Below are positions 14,071 through 26,906 of a stretch of 64,000 nt of DNA, one piece after another (the stretch's first letter is position 1; every line of letters begins with the position of its first letter). Source of the stretch: Rhizophagus irregularis (taxonomy: Eukaryota); contig NC_089432.1 in assembly GCF_026210795.1 (NCBI RefSeq), positions 992,001 to 1,056,000 on the forward strand, read 5' to 3'. The notes beneath the pieces were generated by a model that was given only the letters and a program-made list of their open reading frames with translations, was not told the DNA's origin and searched no databases. The position numbers and the translations under genes were made by a program.

Positions 14071-17000
14071 CACTGGTCGAAATTAGGGATGGCAACGGTC
14101 GGTCATGGTCGGTCATCGGTCGGTCATGACCGGTCAAGAACCTTTGACCGACCGACCGACCGTTTGACCGACCATTTGACCGATCATTTTTTTTATATTT
14201 TCGCAGTGTTTTTATTAAGGCAATTGAAAAAACGTGCGAAAACGTTTATTTTTTATTAAATTATTAATAAAAAACGTTTTCGCAACGTTTCTATTAAAAT
14301 AATTAAAAAAACGTTGCGAAAACGTTTTATTTTAATTATATTATTAATAAAAACGTTTTCGCAACGTTTTTTGTTAAAATGATTAAAACGTTTGCAAAAA
14401 ACATTTTTTTTTAATTAATTATTAATAAAAAACGTTTTCGCGACGTTTTTTATTAAATTTTTCATAAAAAAATTTGGTCGGTCAAACGGTCGGTCAAACG
14501 GTCAGTCAAACGGTCGGTCAGAAGTCTTGACCGACCGATATCGGTCACGGTCATGACCGGTCATAATCGGTTAATGACCGTGACCGTTGCCATCCCTAGT
14601 CGAAATGAAATGATCTGCATGATGTTTATCGCTTATAAATAGCTTATACATTTGGCAATCTTAATTGCAATTAAGAAATCTCCATTAAATTTAATTTATA
14701 GATTTGAAATTGTAAAATTTATTGTAAATTTTATGATCTTAAATTTAATTCGCTAATTTATAACGTATAAATTCCAAATAAATTTTAATATCAATGTAAG
14801 TACTAAAATAAAGGCCCGCACCTTCTATCATGATATTCCTCCGTAGTAGGTCTTATTGACCCCTTCTCCTCAGACTGGTGCTATTTACCATATTCATTTT
14901 TTATGCATGATCGACACTGCGCAAATTTAAAATTGATACATACGTTTATAACAATACTTCCTAAATGTACTTTGTATTTAGTGATTTACGTACGAAGGAT
15001 CATAGAATAGTTTATTTACATGATCTGCAAGCTGCATTTTGATTATTAAAGACACTCGCTCTTTCTCCTTTCTCTTCCCATTTCCCTTTTCCCTTGTTCT
15101 TTCCTTTTCCCTTTCCTTCATTCTTCCTCTTTACTTTTACGCATTCTTTTTCTTTCACTTTTACTTGCTCTTTCCCTTCACTTTTATACCAAGTTGATCA
15201 GATAAAATATAATTTACAAAAAATGATTGAATATCTTCCATTGTTACTTGATCAATGATATCGGGAACTTGAGCTTTATATGACATAGGTTCCATGTTCT
15301 TTTTCTAGGAATTAGGCGTCTATCATAAATTATACTAAAAAAAATTTTTTTTTCAACGCTAACTTCACTTAATTTTCTTTTCTCTCTTTTCTAATTTCTT
15401 TTTTTATATAGACTTTACCTTCATTTGGCCTTTGGGCACTTAGGAGTTTGGTAAGAGAGTTTCTTAAAATTAAAAGAATAAATTTATTAAAAAGATTGGT
15501 TTTTTTTAACGAAAAGTTATTTTTCTTTTTTTATATTTTTAACCTTTAGGGTTACACGTTCTTTTAGACTTAAACAGCTGATACTTTAGATCTTTGGAAC
15601 ACAAGGGACGAAAAAATTTTGGTAATTTTTTTTGTTTTTTTTTAATTTAACAAACAGTTTTAACAGTTCATTTTTTTTTCTTTGTGGTTTTGTTTTCAGG
15701 TATTCAAAATTATTTCGATTAATAATCATATTCCAAATATTGAATATGCATAATTTTGATTAATAAATTTGTATACTTATTTTTGTATAGATTAATGGTA
15801 ATGATTTTTTTAGTTATTTACTATTAACGAGACAATGAAATGGCTACTAATGTTTTGTTTTCTTCCTTTTTTTTAGATGGCTTGCTTTTCAGGTCTTGAC
15901 GCGTTGGAGAAAGGTAAGCTATTTTTTTTTTTCATTATTTGTTTAACAAAATGAGCAAAACGATTACCAATATTTTTTTTGTTTATTCTTTAGACGGATG
16001 ATTTTTTGGAGTATTCAGATCCGTGGAAAACTTGGTAAGAGGGGGAGAAGGTTACTTTTTTAATTCATTAGCAAATAAAATATTTGCTAATGTTTCATTA
16101 TGTCTCTTTTATTTTTTTTTTATTCTGTAGGATCCAGGTCCACAGTTCCCTTCAGTTAGAAAATTTGAATTTCAAATTCCAGGCAAGTATTTGGAATGTT
16201 TAAAGTATATTAAACCTTTTTCTTTATAAAATAATGTTATCTAACATTTTCTTTATTCTGCAGGAACTTGATTCTAAAAGTAATCTGATGATTTCGTCTT
16301 TTATTCTCTTTAGACAGGTCTTCAGCTCTTTAGATACATGAATAGTGTTCTTTTAAGTAGGTTTTTTTATTTTTATTGATTTTTGATTTTTTTACTAGTT
16401 TCTTTTTTTTAGGTTTTTCAGACACGTGATAATTTGGATTTAATTAATATATTTCTTTTGATGAAACATTTTTGTAAGCTTGATTTTTTGTTGAATTTTC
16501 TAGAGTATATTCAGTGGATTTCTTATTTACCTTTATTTTGACGAAACTTACTAATGTTGTGTTTATTCTTTTTTATATATGGCTTAACTCTTCAACTATT
16601 TAAAGGCATTTCAGTTTTTTAGGTGGATTCTTCTTTGGGGACTTTGAATGTGCAGATTATGGTGTGATTTTTTTATTTGCTTAAACTTCTTAACAGTTAA
16701 TTATGCTAACCTATTAACAATTTCATTTTTATTCTTTTTTAGATGGATCTTCTGTTCTTTGGATGTTTAAATGCAGAATTTCGGTAATATATTTTTTATT
16801 TAGGTTATTTACTTTAACAAATGGATACTAACTTTCTTTTTCCTTTTTTTTAGATAACTGGCTCTTCGGTCTTTTTGAATGTCTTTGGACGCGAATTTTG
16901 TAAGTTATTAACTTTTTTTTCTTTATTTTTCTTCTAACGAATAGTCACTAATATTTATCATTTATCATCTTTCTTTTTTCAGATGGTTGGTTTCAGACAC

Positions 17001-17714
17001 ATGGAAAACTCAGTGGGATTCTGTTCCTAATTATGCATTTCAACAAAGCATTTTACCAACGTTACAATAATTTTCTCTTTTTTATATGGTCTAAGTCTCT
17101 GAATGTTTAGTGATCTGGTAGAAAAAGGAGTTTGAGGTTAGAGGTCATAAGCTATCCCACCAGCTGGCAAAGTGTATGAATTTTCTTTTAATTCACAAAG
17201 AAAGCCTTTCTAAAGTCATATTTAGTGTAGGTCTAGTAATACATTGCCTTAATTGAGCGTGGCTACGAAGTTTATGATTCTTAAACAGAATTTATGCATA
17301 ATTTATTTTACTATTTAAATTACAATGCATGTATATACATATATATATTAATAAATTAATAATATAATGATTTATAATGTTAATAGTATTAAATCAATTA
17401 TATTTATACTGTATTTTTTTATGATATACACAAAATTTACATAAAATTCATAGCACATTTATAAAAATACCATAAATTTAAATGACATGTAAAGTGATTT
17501 TATTGCAATTTAAAACACATTTATATAACAGAAATTTGTTAGTTTCAAGAGACATGTATACTTCATGGAAATTGGACAAGTTTACAACTAATTTCCGTAA
17601 TATACATTTTAATCAGATTAAATTGAAATTACTGGTAAACCAATATGAAATGCGACATGTGCACAAAATTTCTCTAATGCAAATGTATTGCACATCACCT
17701 CACTTCGACCAGTG
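14071..17714. mobile_element. Non-autonomous CACTG-ended (CACTA/EnSpm-type) DNA transposon
   Basis: TIR CACTGGTCGAAATGAAATGATCTGCA (left, after removing the MITE) versus CACTGGTCGAAGTGAGGTGATGTGCA (right, reverse complement); 3-bp TSD AAG. Confidence 0.9.
14084..14598. mobile_element. hAT-type MITE inserted in the left TIR of the CACTG element
   Basis: TIR TAGGGATGGCAACGGTC; 8-bp TSD GTCGAAAT; GACC/GGTC subterminal repeats. Confidence 0.95.
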
Positions 17715-18318
17715 AAGATTAACTAAATCATCAACTACAATACCTAAATCTTCCTCAAAAATAATTTCATTAATATATTGAGTTGTAGGTTGTTTTTCCT
17801 TTATGTCAGTTTTATAAAAATCTTGAATAATTTGAGATAATGAAATTTGAGTATTTGATAAATCAACATTTATATTTGTATTCGAATTAAGTTGTTTATT
17901 AGACATCATAAAGTATTAATTTTAAATAAGAGGTGAAGAACAATATTACAATAGTATATTTTTTTTCACAACATATTTATTTAAATGTATGGTGACACTG
18001 CAGTTAAATTACGTAGATCATCCTTTTGTGTATGTGTAGTTTTATTTGTAAATCAAAGTGTCGATTTTATTATAACTAAAAAATTTGTTAAAAATTCATA
18101 TTATTATTACAAAGGAATGACATTCAATAATTAATATTTAATTTTTATAAAATCACTACTCACTAAAATCTAGTTTATTTAAATTTTTACATATTATAAA
18201 AACTTTCAGAAGAAAGGAAAAGTCTACCATTTATCTGACATAAAGTTAATAACTACAGTAAAACAAAATACTGTAGTTACAGTATCTACTAAATAAACAA
18301 CTATTAAATTTATTATTT

Positions 18319-19308
18319 TTATGAGAATTCTTCCAATTTAATTTGAGCACTACAAAATCCTTGTCCAGCTGATTTTTTATACCAATAAATCGCTTGTTCT
18401 ATATTTTTTACAACCCCATTTCCATCTTCATACATTAAACCAAGATTATATTGAGCACAAGAATTTCCCAAATTTGCTGCTATTTGATATAATTCAAATG
18501 CCTTTTGCATATTTACTTTTGTACCAACTCCATGATTATGACAATATCCTAACATAGAAATTGCATTCAGATGTCCTTTTTCAGCAGACATTTCAAGAAG
18601 TTCAAAAGATTTATTATAATTTATTCCAATACCTTCTCCATCACTATACATATATGCAAGATTATACAGTGCTAAACAATTACCTAAATTTGCTGCATTT
18701 TGATATAATTCAAATGCTTTTTCCTTATCAACATCAGTTCCAATTCCAATATCATAACAATAACCTAACAGATTTATTCCCCCTGAGTATCCCTTTTTTG
18801 CCAATTTTTTAGATAATTCAAAAGCTTTATCATAATTTTTATCAACATCCTCTCCCTCAATATATACATTAGCAAGGTTAAACAGAGCTATATTATTTTC
18901 TAATTTTGCTGCTTTTTGATATAATTCAAGTGCTTTTTGTATATTGATATTAATTTCAATTCCATGATAATTAAAATATCCAAGTAAATAAATGGAATTT
19001 GAATCATTTTGATTATTTAAAAGCCAGTTATAGAATTCATGTAAATCTAACTTATGATTATTAATATAATCAATGACATGTTGTTTTATTACAATTTCTT
19101 CCTTTCCTTCATTTTCTTCCTTAAGACAAAGATTAACCAAATCATCCACTACAATACCTAAATCTTCTTCAAGAATAATTTCTTTAATATTTTGAGTTGT
19201 AGGTTCTTTTTCCTTTATATCTATTTTATAGAAATTTTGAATAATTTGAGATAATAAAATTTGAGTATTTGATGAATCAAAATTATTTGAATTTGAATTA
19301 TCAGACAT
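18319..19308 (-). CDS. Sel1-like repeat protein, 6 repeats
   Basis: Intact 329-aa ORF; close relative of the 13251-17909 and 19708-20013 copies. Confidence 0.92.
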   Translation of the reverse strand: MSDNSNSNNFDSSNTQILLSQIIQNFYKIDIKEKEPTTQNIKEIILEEDLGIVVDDLVNLCLKEENEGKEEIVIKQHVIDYINNHKLDLHEFYNWLLNNQNDSNSIYLLGYFNYHGIEININIQKALELYQKAAKLENNIALFNLANVYIEGEDVDKNYDKAFELSKKLAKKGYSGGINLLGYCYDIGIGTDVDKEKAFELYQNAANLGNCLALYNLAYMYSDGEGIGINYNKSFELLEMSAEKGHLNAISMLGYCHNHGVGTKVNMQKAFELYQIAANLGNSCAQYNLGLMYEDGNGVVKNIEQAIYWYKKSAGQGFCSAQIKLEEFS

Positions 19309-19707
19309 TATAAAGCAATGATTTTAAATAAGGGGGAAGAACAATAGTATATTTTTTTCACAACATATTTATTTAACTGTATGGTGACACTGCAGTTAAA
19401 TTACGTAGATCATCCTTTTGTGCTTCCGCCATTGTATTTTTATTTGTAGGTCAAGTGTCAATCTTATTATAACGTATAAAATGCTATTATTACAAAGGAA
19501 TAACATTCAATATTAAATTAATATTTAATTCACTATTCACTAAAATATAGTGAGCTTATTTAAATTTTTACATATTATAAAAAACTTTTTCAGAAGAAAG
19601 GAAAAGTCTACCATTTATCTGACATAAAGTACATAAAGTTAATAACTATAGTAAAAAAAATACTGTAGCTACAGTATCTACTAAATAAACTATTAAATTT
19701 ATTATTT

Positions 19708-20013
19708 TTATGAAAATTCTTCCAATTAATTTGAGCACTATAAAATCTTGTCCAGACAATAAATTGCTTGTTCTATACTTTTTATAATCCCATTTCCATC
19801 TTCATACATTAAACCAAGATTATATTGAGCACAATAATTTCCCAATTTGCTGCCATTTTATATAGTAATTCCAATGCCTTTTGCATATTTACTTTTATAC
19901 CAACTCCATGATTATAACAATATCACATAAAAATTGCATTAAGATGTTCTTTTCCAGACTTTTCAAGAAGTTCAAAAGATTTACTATAATTTACTCCAAT
20001 ACCTTTTCCATTA
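19708..20013 (-). pseudogene. 3' fragment of a Sel1 paralogue
   Basis: Collinear with 18319-18643 but with indels; homology stops abruptly at ~20013. Confidence 0.85.
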
Positions 20014-23000
20014 TCATCAGGAGTTTAAATAGGGTGTGAATTTGCAAAAATATACACATATAAAACAACACGTTGAATCACACCTATGACGGGTATATAT
20101 GAAGCTGCAAATTTGCGAATATTAACACAAAGATAAGATTTTCTGGCAATTTTTATCTTTAATGGGAAAATTTTTTAGTCGATCATCTCATTTTGGCCAG
20201 ATTTTTGCCAAAATTTTCCCATTCCATTTTTAAAAATCACCACATGCACAGTTGCCGTGGATACAAAAAAAATTGCCTTTTTGGTAAAAAAGTCTTCAGT
20301 TAATCTTTTATATTATTATTGTCATGTACATGTACATGTTCATGTTCATGTTCATGTTCATGTTATTGTTTATGACATGTACATGTTAATGTTAATGAAC
20401 ACATTCTAAGAGCAATTTTTCGCAAAACTTTCTCCTGTGTTACTGAAAACTACTATTAACTAAGGAGATCACAAGTTAATTACATAATTTTGTCAATCCA
20501 AATTAGACTTTACACACGAAAAATTTTTCATTATTTTTAGCTTATTTATTTGTCTAAAATAATTTATCTAAACTAATAAAATATACACATTAAAAAAAAA
20601 AGTTATTTTCTCTCTAATTTCTATTTTTTTTTCTTTTTTTCTTTTTTACAAAAAATATAAATTCACCCATAAAAATAGTGGCGCAATTATAATATTAAAA
20701 AAAAATCTAAAATTATACGTCATTAAAGTAATGGCGTAGTTGTAATAATGATTTTATATCAAAAAATCTAAAATTATACAAATTAAATAAATTAGGAAAG
20801 TACGTATTTAATTATTCCTTTTTTAAACAAACCGAAATGCTAATTCACATATATGGATAACTGCCAGATGGAATGTCTTTTCTCCTTATTTTAACCAGTG
20901 TGAATTTTCAAAAACTCATTTCTTCTCTCTTTCGCTAACGAAGAAATTTCAAATAAAAATAATGATATCAACACTATCGGTAATTGCTCTTGTCATCTGG
21001 TTGAGATCAACAACCTATACTGTAAACGGAGATGCACTGTACAGGGAAAAAATATCAAACCAGACTCACACTTTCACCTTCAAACAGTTTGTTAATGCTT
21101 ATCACGAATATAATGAGCAGTTCAGAGAGGGAGATTTAGTTCTTTTCAGTGGGAAGTTTACGCTAGATGAAAAAAAATTAATGGTCAGTAACATTGCATT
21201 TTTTGTAGCTAAAACAACCATAAAAATTAAAAAAAATACTTATTTTTTTGCGTGTGGGTAGCTTGTCATCGAGATGGCTTGTGTAATGGATCCGAAAGTA
21301 GGGCCAAACAGTGAAAATCTGAAGTGGGAACTGACGCAAATTCCTTCAATGAAGCCGTTCGTAAAAATCTCAACGTCCGCAGAAGAGCCCTTAACTTTTT
21401 ACGAGGATATGAATTTTGTTAAGACTAGGGATAGGAATCGATTCTAAAATTGAGAATCGATTCTAGAATCGACTAATCGCGATTAATCGTTTCTCAAGAT
21501 TCGATTCGTAGATTCGATTTTCAGTTTCAATTAACTGATTCTAATCGATTTTCTGCATCATAAAAATATGATTTGTGGCGCTGTAAGTCATCACATATCT
21601 TCTATTTATTATTATTATTATTATTTTATAACTCTTTATTAGTATTATAGTCATCCAAAATACAAATACAACTAGTCCCACTAATAATTATCCTATCTAA
21701 AAACAACCTAAATCTAAACTCCTACCCTATAATGATAATAAAACAACCAAAATAAAAAAATTATTTAATTAATCACATGACACCCTCCGATCAATTTTCT
21801 CTTTAACGTTAAGATTTTTGAAAAAAAAATATTTCTATCTACAGTATTATAGTTATCCAAAATACAAATACAACTAGGGAAATTACACTCCCACTAATAA
21901 TTATCCTATCTAAAAATAACCTAAATCTAAAACTCCTACCCTATAATGATAATAAAACAACCGAAATAAAAAAAATTATTTAATTAATCACATGACACCC
22001 TCCGATCAATTTTCTTTTACCATTAACGTTAAGATTTTTGAAAAAGAAAATATTTCTATTTACAACTACGGAGAGAAAAAGACTTTACAAACAAAATACA
22101 CTAATAATTTTACCCCTCAATCATCCTTGCCCTAATGTATTAAATTTATACCTGTCTGGACAATCCTCGCTAAAGATAATTCTTTTGCTTTTATCATCAG
22201 TATTTAAACGATCCCTATACAATTTGTTATTTTTATTTATCATCAAATATTATTAATTATTTATTTTAAAGATATTTATTTATTTTATTTATTTATCAAG
22301 AATACATAATACAAAAAAATGTCATTGTTAAAAATATATATCAGATATGTTTTTGTCAAAACAAAAAACAATAAAAATTATAAATTTTGAAAAAATATTT
22401 GTCAAAAAAATAAAACTGAAGCTTACTCAGCTTCCCTAAATATATCAACATAGTTTCTATTTCTTTTTAAAAACATAAGCTGGTTGATTAAAAATGAATC
22501 TAAACGAGTTCTTTGAGGAGTAATCAAATTTTTAGCATCTGAAAAGAGCCTTTCTGAAGTAACTGAAGTAGCTGGTATAGAAAGGTATTTCATTGCTATT
22601 TGATGTAAAATTGGATATTGATTTTTATTTGTAGACCACCATGAAAAGGAATCATATTCTTCAAGAGCAGGTAACTCTGTCACATTGAGATAATGCTGAA
22701 ATTTGTCCTTTATTGGTGCAGTAATTTTAGCATTTTTCTTTTTCCAAAAATTTCCCATTGTTGTTGATTCATTTGTATCATTATGATCAGGCAATCTAGC
22801 TGTGTTATCTTGTTTGAGAATCTCATATTCTTCTTTTAATTGATTAATAATTTGATTACATGTTTCTTGAGAATTAATGAAATCTAAACTTTTAAAACGA
22901 GGGTCAAAAAATGATCCCTTTAAGCACAAAATTTGAGGAAAATCCCATCTTGCTATTATATTTTCTAAAATAGCATTTTGATACTCTGATGCCTCACTAG

Positions 23001-23690
23001 TTTCCAATAAATTAAACTCAGTTTCAAGTCTTTCTCTTAAATTATACATAATTGGATATGTAAATCCAATTGTTGGATAATTTATGCCACTTAATAAACG
23101 TGTTGCTTCTTCAAAAGGGTTTAATAATTCTACTATTTTTCTAATTACTTTCCATTCATAAATTGTTGGACACAATACTTCTAGTTTTTCACCTTCTTTA
23201 CGAGTAATTGAATTTGTATTACTCATTAATGAGGCTTTTAGCATTTGAATTGCTGGTTTAAGAATGATAAGTCTTTGAAAAGCATATAAAGTTGAATTCC
23301 ATCTGGTATTATTTGCTTTTATCACATCAAGACAAATAATATTTTCTGCTTTTCCTTTTAAATCTTTATCTTCAGTTTCCTGCATTGCTTGTTGTCGATA
23401 CAAATAAATTTGTGATTCTTTCAATTGCTGCTTTTTCTTATCTGCTGATAAAAAACTAATAAGATGTTTACATTTCCCAATTAATTCCTTTATAATATCT
23501 AATCCTTTTCCAATACTTAATTGGAGGGTATGAGCAGCACATGGAATTCTTTTACCAATACTTATATTATTACATGCTTTTCTTACATTGGAGCCATTGT
23601 CAGTTACAATAGCAATAATTTTTGAATCAATTCCCCATTCATAAAATAAATCAAACAAATGTTCTTGTATTTCAATCGCACCATGTAGAT

Positions 23691-24359
23691 TAGGGATGGC
23701 AACGGTCACGGTCATTAACCGGTTATGACCAGTCATGACCGTGACTGATATCGGTCGGTCAAAGACCTCTGACCGACCGTTTGACCGACCATTTGACCGA
23801 CCGTTTAACCGATCCTGAAAATGTTTGCGAAACGTAATTTAATAAAAAAATGTTTTGCAAACTTTTTTTAATTATTTTAATAGAAAACGTTGCGAAAACG
23901 TTTTTTATTAAGTATTTCAAACGTTTTTTTATTAAATTACGTTTCGCAAACGTTTTCAAGATCGGTTAAACGGTCGGTTAAACGGTCGGTCAAACGGTCA
24001 GTCGGTCGGTCAAAGGTTCTTGACCGGTTATGACCGACCGATGACCGACCATGACTATGGATGGCAACGGTTATAATCATAACCGTTTAACCGACCGTTT
24101 AACCACATTTAACTGACCGTTTGACCGACCATTTAAACATTTGACCGACCATTTTTAACCGTTTAACCGACCATTTGACTAATTATTTAAGTAAAATGGT
24201 ATAACCGACCGTTTAACTGACCGTTTAACCGACCGTTTAACCGATTTTTTAACCGACCATAACCGACTGTTTAAATTTCTATAACTGATTATAACCGACC
24301 ATAACCGACTATAACCGACCGTTGCCATCCCTAACCATGACCGACCGTTGCCATCCCTA
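23691..24359. mobile_element. hAT-type MITE (same family as 14084, opposite orientation) in the transposase ORF
   Basis: TIR TAGGGATGGCAACGGTC; TSD ATGTAGAT/ATGTGGAT. Confidence 0.93.
24056..24333. mobile_element. Related hAT-type MITE nested in the previous MITE
   Basis: TATGGATGGCAACGG...CCGTTGCCATCCCTA; TSD ACCATGAC on both sides. Confidence 0.9.
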
Positions 24360-26906
24360 ATGTGGATATGGCAACTCCTCCATACTGAGAAGTACTTCTT
24401 GTGGTTCAAATTTTGATGTCAGCCAGTGTGCTGTAATACCTAAATAAAGTAAATGTGCTGGTGAACTCCAGGCATCTAATGTTAAAGAAATATCCTGAAC
24501 TTGCATAAACTGACTTTTAAGTGTATTTTTTCCTATTTCATATGCTGTAAAAATTTGATCCTTAAGAGTTTTTATACATGGAACTTTATAGCGTTCAACA
24601 AATCCATTTATCATATTAATAAAATCTGGATCTTCTACTATACTTAGGGGTTGTACTGTACCAATAACAAAACCTATGACATTTTTAGTTAAAGATTCTT
24701 GTTTAGAAGAATCATGCGGGTTAATAATATTATCAGGTTTCTTAAGATTTTCTAATTCTTCTTCCTCATATCTCATTGCAATAGCTTTTGTAATTTTATG
24801 CATTCCTGATAAATGTGTTTTCATTGAACTTGGAGAACCACACCATGCAAGCATTTTTTCACAACCATTAATCTGACAAATAGTTTTAGTATTATTATCA
24901 TTAAATTGAAAAAATTTCCAAACCCAGCTAGTTTTAGGTTTCGTGATTTTAGATGGAGGCTTTCTTTCTTTCATTAATAAAGAATGTTTATTGACTTCTA
25001 CTTCATCATTAATAATTATATTAAGGTCTGATATAGATGCATCAGATATTGTGTTATCATTAATTTCTTGTATTGTTATAAAACTTTTCCCTAATAAAAT
25101 TTCTGACTCATATAAATAACTAGAATCATTTTCACTTTCATCTGCAATTTCTTGTACTGAACTTCTTTCTTTTGCTGCTGCTTCTTCTGCTTCTTTAAGT
25201 ATTTGCTTATGTTTATTTCTTGTAGTGGTCGCCATTTTTAATAGTTTAAAATGGGTAAATATTTATGTGAATGTTTAATATTTTATTTAATATTTATTAA
25301 TTAATAAATTGGTAAATTATATAATATAATATTAATGATGGTATTGTTACCAGTAAATTTGGTAAGCTAATGATTAAATATATTGTTTTGATATTATAAT
25401 TATATAAGGATTAACGAAAATTGATGAGGCTGTTTGTTGGGCACAGGAAGAACAATTAATAATAATTATTAGAAAAATCTAGGATGATTTTCTTGTAATT
25501 TTAACAAAGAGCAAAGTGTCTATATATAAAAAAATTCCATCTTTTTTTCAATAAATATTCAGAAGTAAAATCTAATCTCAAATCTATTCTAATGTATCAC
25601 AGTTATTAATTAATTATTAATTAATTTTGTGCAATAGCAGTTATTTTCATTGTCAAATCAAATAAAGTAAATTAATACCATTGAATTAATCAACTCAATA
25701 ATATTTATAATCATTATAAAGAAATCCATATAAAGAAAATAAATATATAAATAATAATTTATTAAATAATCATATAATAACTAAAATAAGAAATTAAATA
25801 AAATAAATCCGATCATAACATGTTGATCATTCAACCAAAATTTGCTTCGGAATATCAGCAATTTCATTGTATATCGGATTTAGCTAAATTTGCGTAACAG
25901 TAAAATAATCAGCCAAATCACATGGTTAATTTTAAAGAAACTAATGGCAATGATCTGCAACAATTACAATAGATTCGATTTTTTTATGTGATTTTCAATT
26001 AATCGATTTTGAATCGAGTTTCGATTAATTCGATTATCGCAGATTCGATACCTATCCCTAGTTAAGACCCATTCGTTAATCTATTTACCATTTCACCAAA
26101 CCACTCGCTATATTAATTTCAAGGTAGGTTACTCAAAAGACGTGAGATGGTTAGATTCTCTCAATGACAAGTGGAATGATTACGCCAATTTTTTCGTTGG
26201 TGGCTTTCTCGAAGTTATCTATTCAATAAATGATAGGACATATGCCCAAATTGACGCTAAGCTAATTGATTACGATGTAAGGTTTCGCCATCTGAATCAC
26301 CAAACTTCTATAACAACAACTCCAAGGAAACAAGTTAATACATTTGCACTGAGAAGAAATGAATCGGCTTCAAAATCTGTTTTTAGCCCAAGAACAAGTT
26401 TGATAATTATAGATGATACACAAGAATTTGACGACTCTAACAAGAGAAATTTGATCATTATTGATGATGATGAATCAGCCATCCAACCTACTACTGATAA
26501 CGATGAACTATCCAAGTTCGTCTCTTATTACAAAAAATTTAAAGAATCTGAGAAGCAAGATCAATCATCAAGAACGACCTCTTCTACAACTCATTCATCT
26601 CCCACTCCTACCTATAGATTACAAAAACGCAAATTATCGGATTTATGTAATTTAGAAGAATCCGATAATGATCCTGATAACGATCCTAATGATCTTGCTA
26701 ACAATCCTGCGATCCTGGTAATGATCCTGGTAATGATCCTAGTAACGATCCTGGTAATGATCCTGGTAACGATCCTGGTAATAATCCTTTCAGATTAGAA
26801 TGTACATATTATAGAAAAGGAAGTGGTAGAGGCGGGAGAGGCGGAAGAGGCGGAAGTGGTGGAAGAGGTCAAAAGGCCAAAAAATAAAGCTTCCATTAAT
26901 CACAAT

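Larger units (their letters stand above)
13251..17909 (-). pseudogene. Sel1-like repeat gene split by the CACTG element, with a decayed last repeat
   Basis: 17909-17715 (MMSNKQ...DDLVNL) joins 14067 (CFKESDEG...) in frame once the insert and one AAG are removed; stop and frameshifts follow LGNS. Confidence 0.9.
22423..25235 (-). pseudogene. hAT transposase (BED zinc finger, DDE, dimerisation domain), ~711 aa when the MITE is removed
   Basis: TSWVWKFF...C..C...HLSGMH, LTLDAWSS, TDNGSNV, CAAHTLQL, TRWNS, ATSVTSERLFS; the halves join as ELPYPH|GAIEIQ. Confidence 0.95.
21426..26060 (-). mobile_element. Full-length hAT transposon
   Basis: TIR TAGGGATAGGAATCGATTCT / TAGGGATAGGTATCGAATCT; 8-bp TSD GTTAAGAC; ATCGATT subterminal repeats. 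Confidence 0.95.
20962..26887 (+). pseudogene. Uncharacterised beta-rich (possibly OB-fold) gene interrupted by a hAT element; DPGN repeats and an RGG tail
   Basis: Exon 20962-21183, GT-AG intron 21184-21261, exon 2 reads ...DMNFVKT|HSLIYLP...VRWLD in frame across the hAT site; a frameshift at ~26710 precedes (DPGN)n...RGGRGGRGGSGGRGQKAKK*. Confidence 0.8.

Noticed and set aside
8782..18812. Plus-strand short ORFs overlapping Sel1 genes
   Set aside because: Antisense shadows of the real CDSs
20030..20086. TAGGGTGTGA...TCACACCTA mini inverted repeat
   Set aside because: No TSD; too short to call a MITE
23759..24409. ORFs with SVKR repeats
   Set aside because: Readthrough of MITE subterminal repeats
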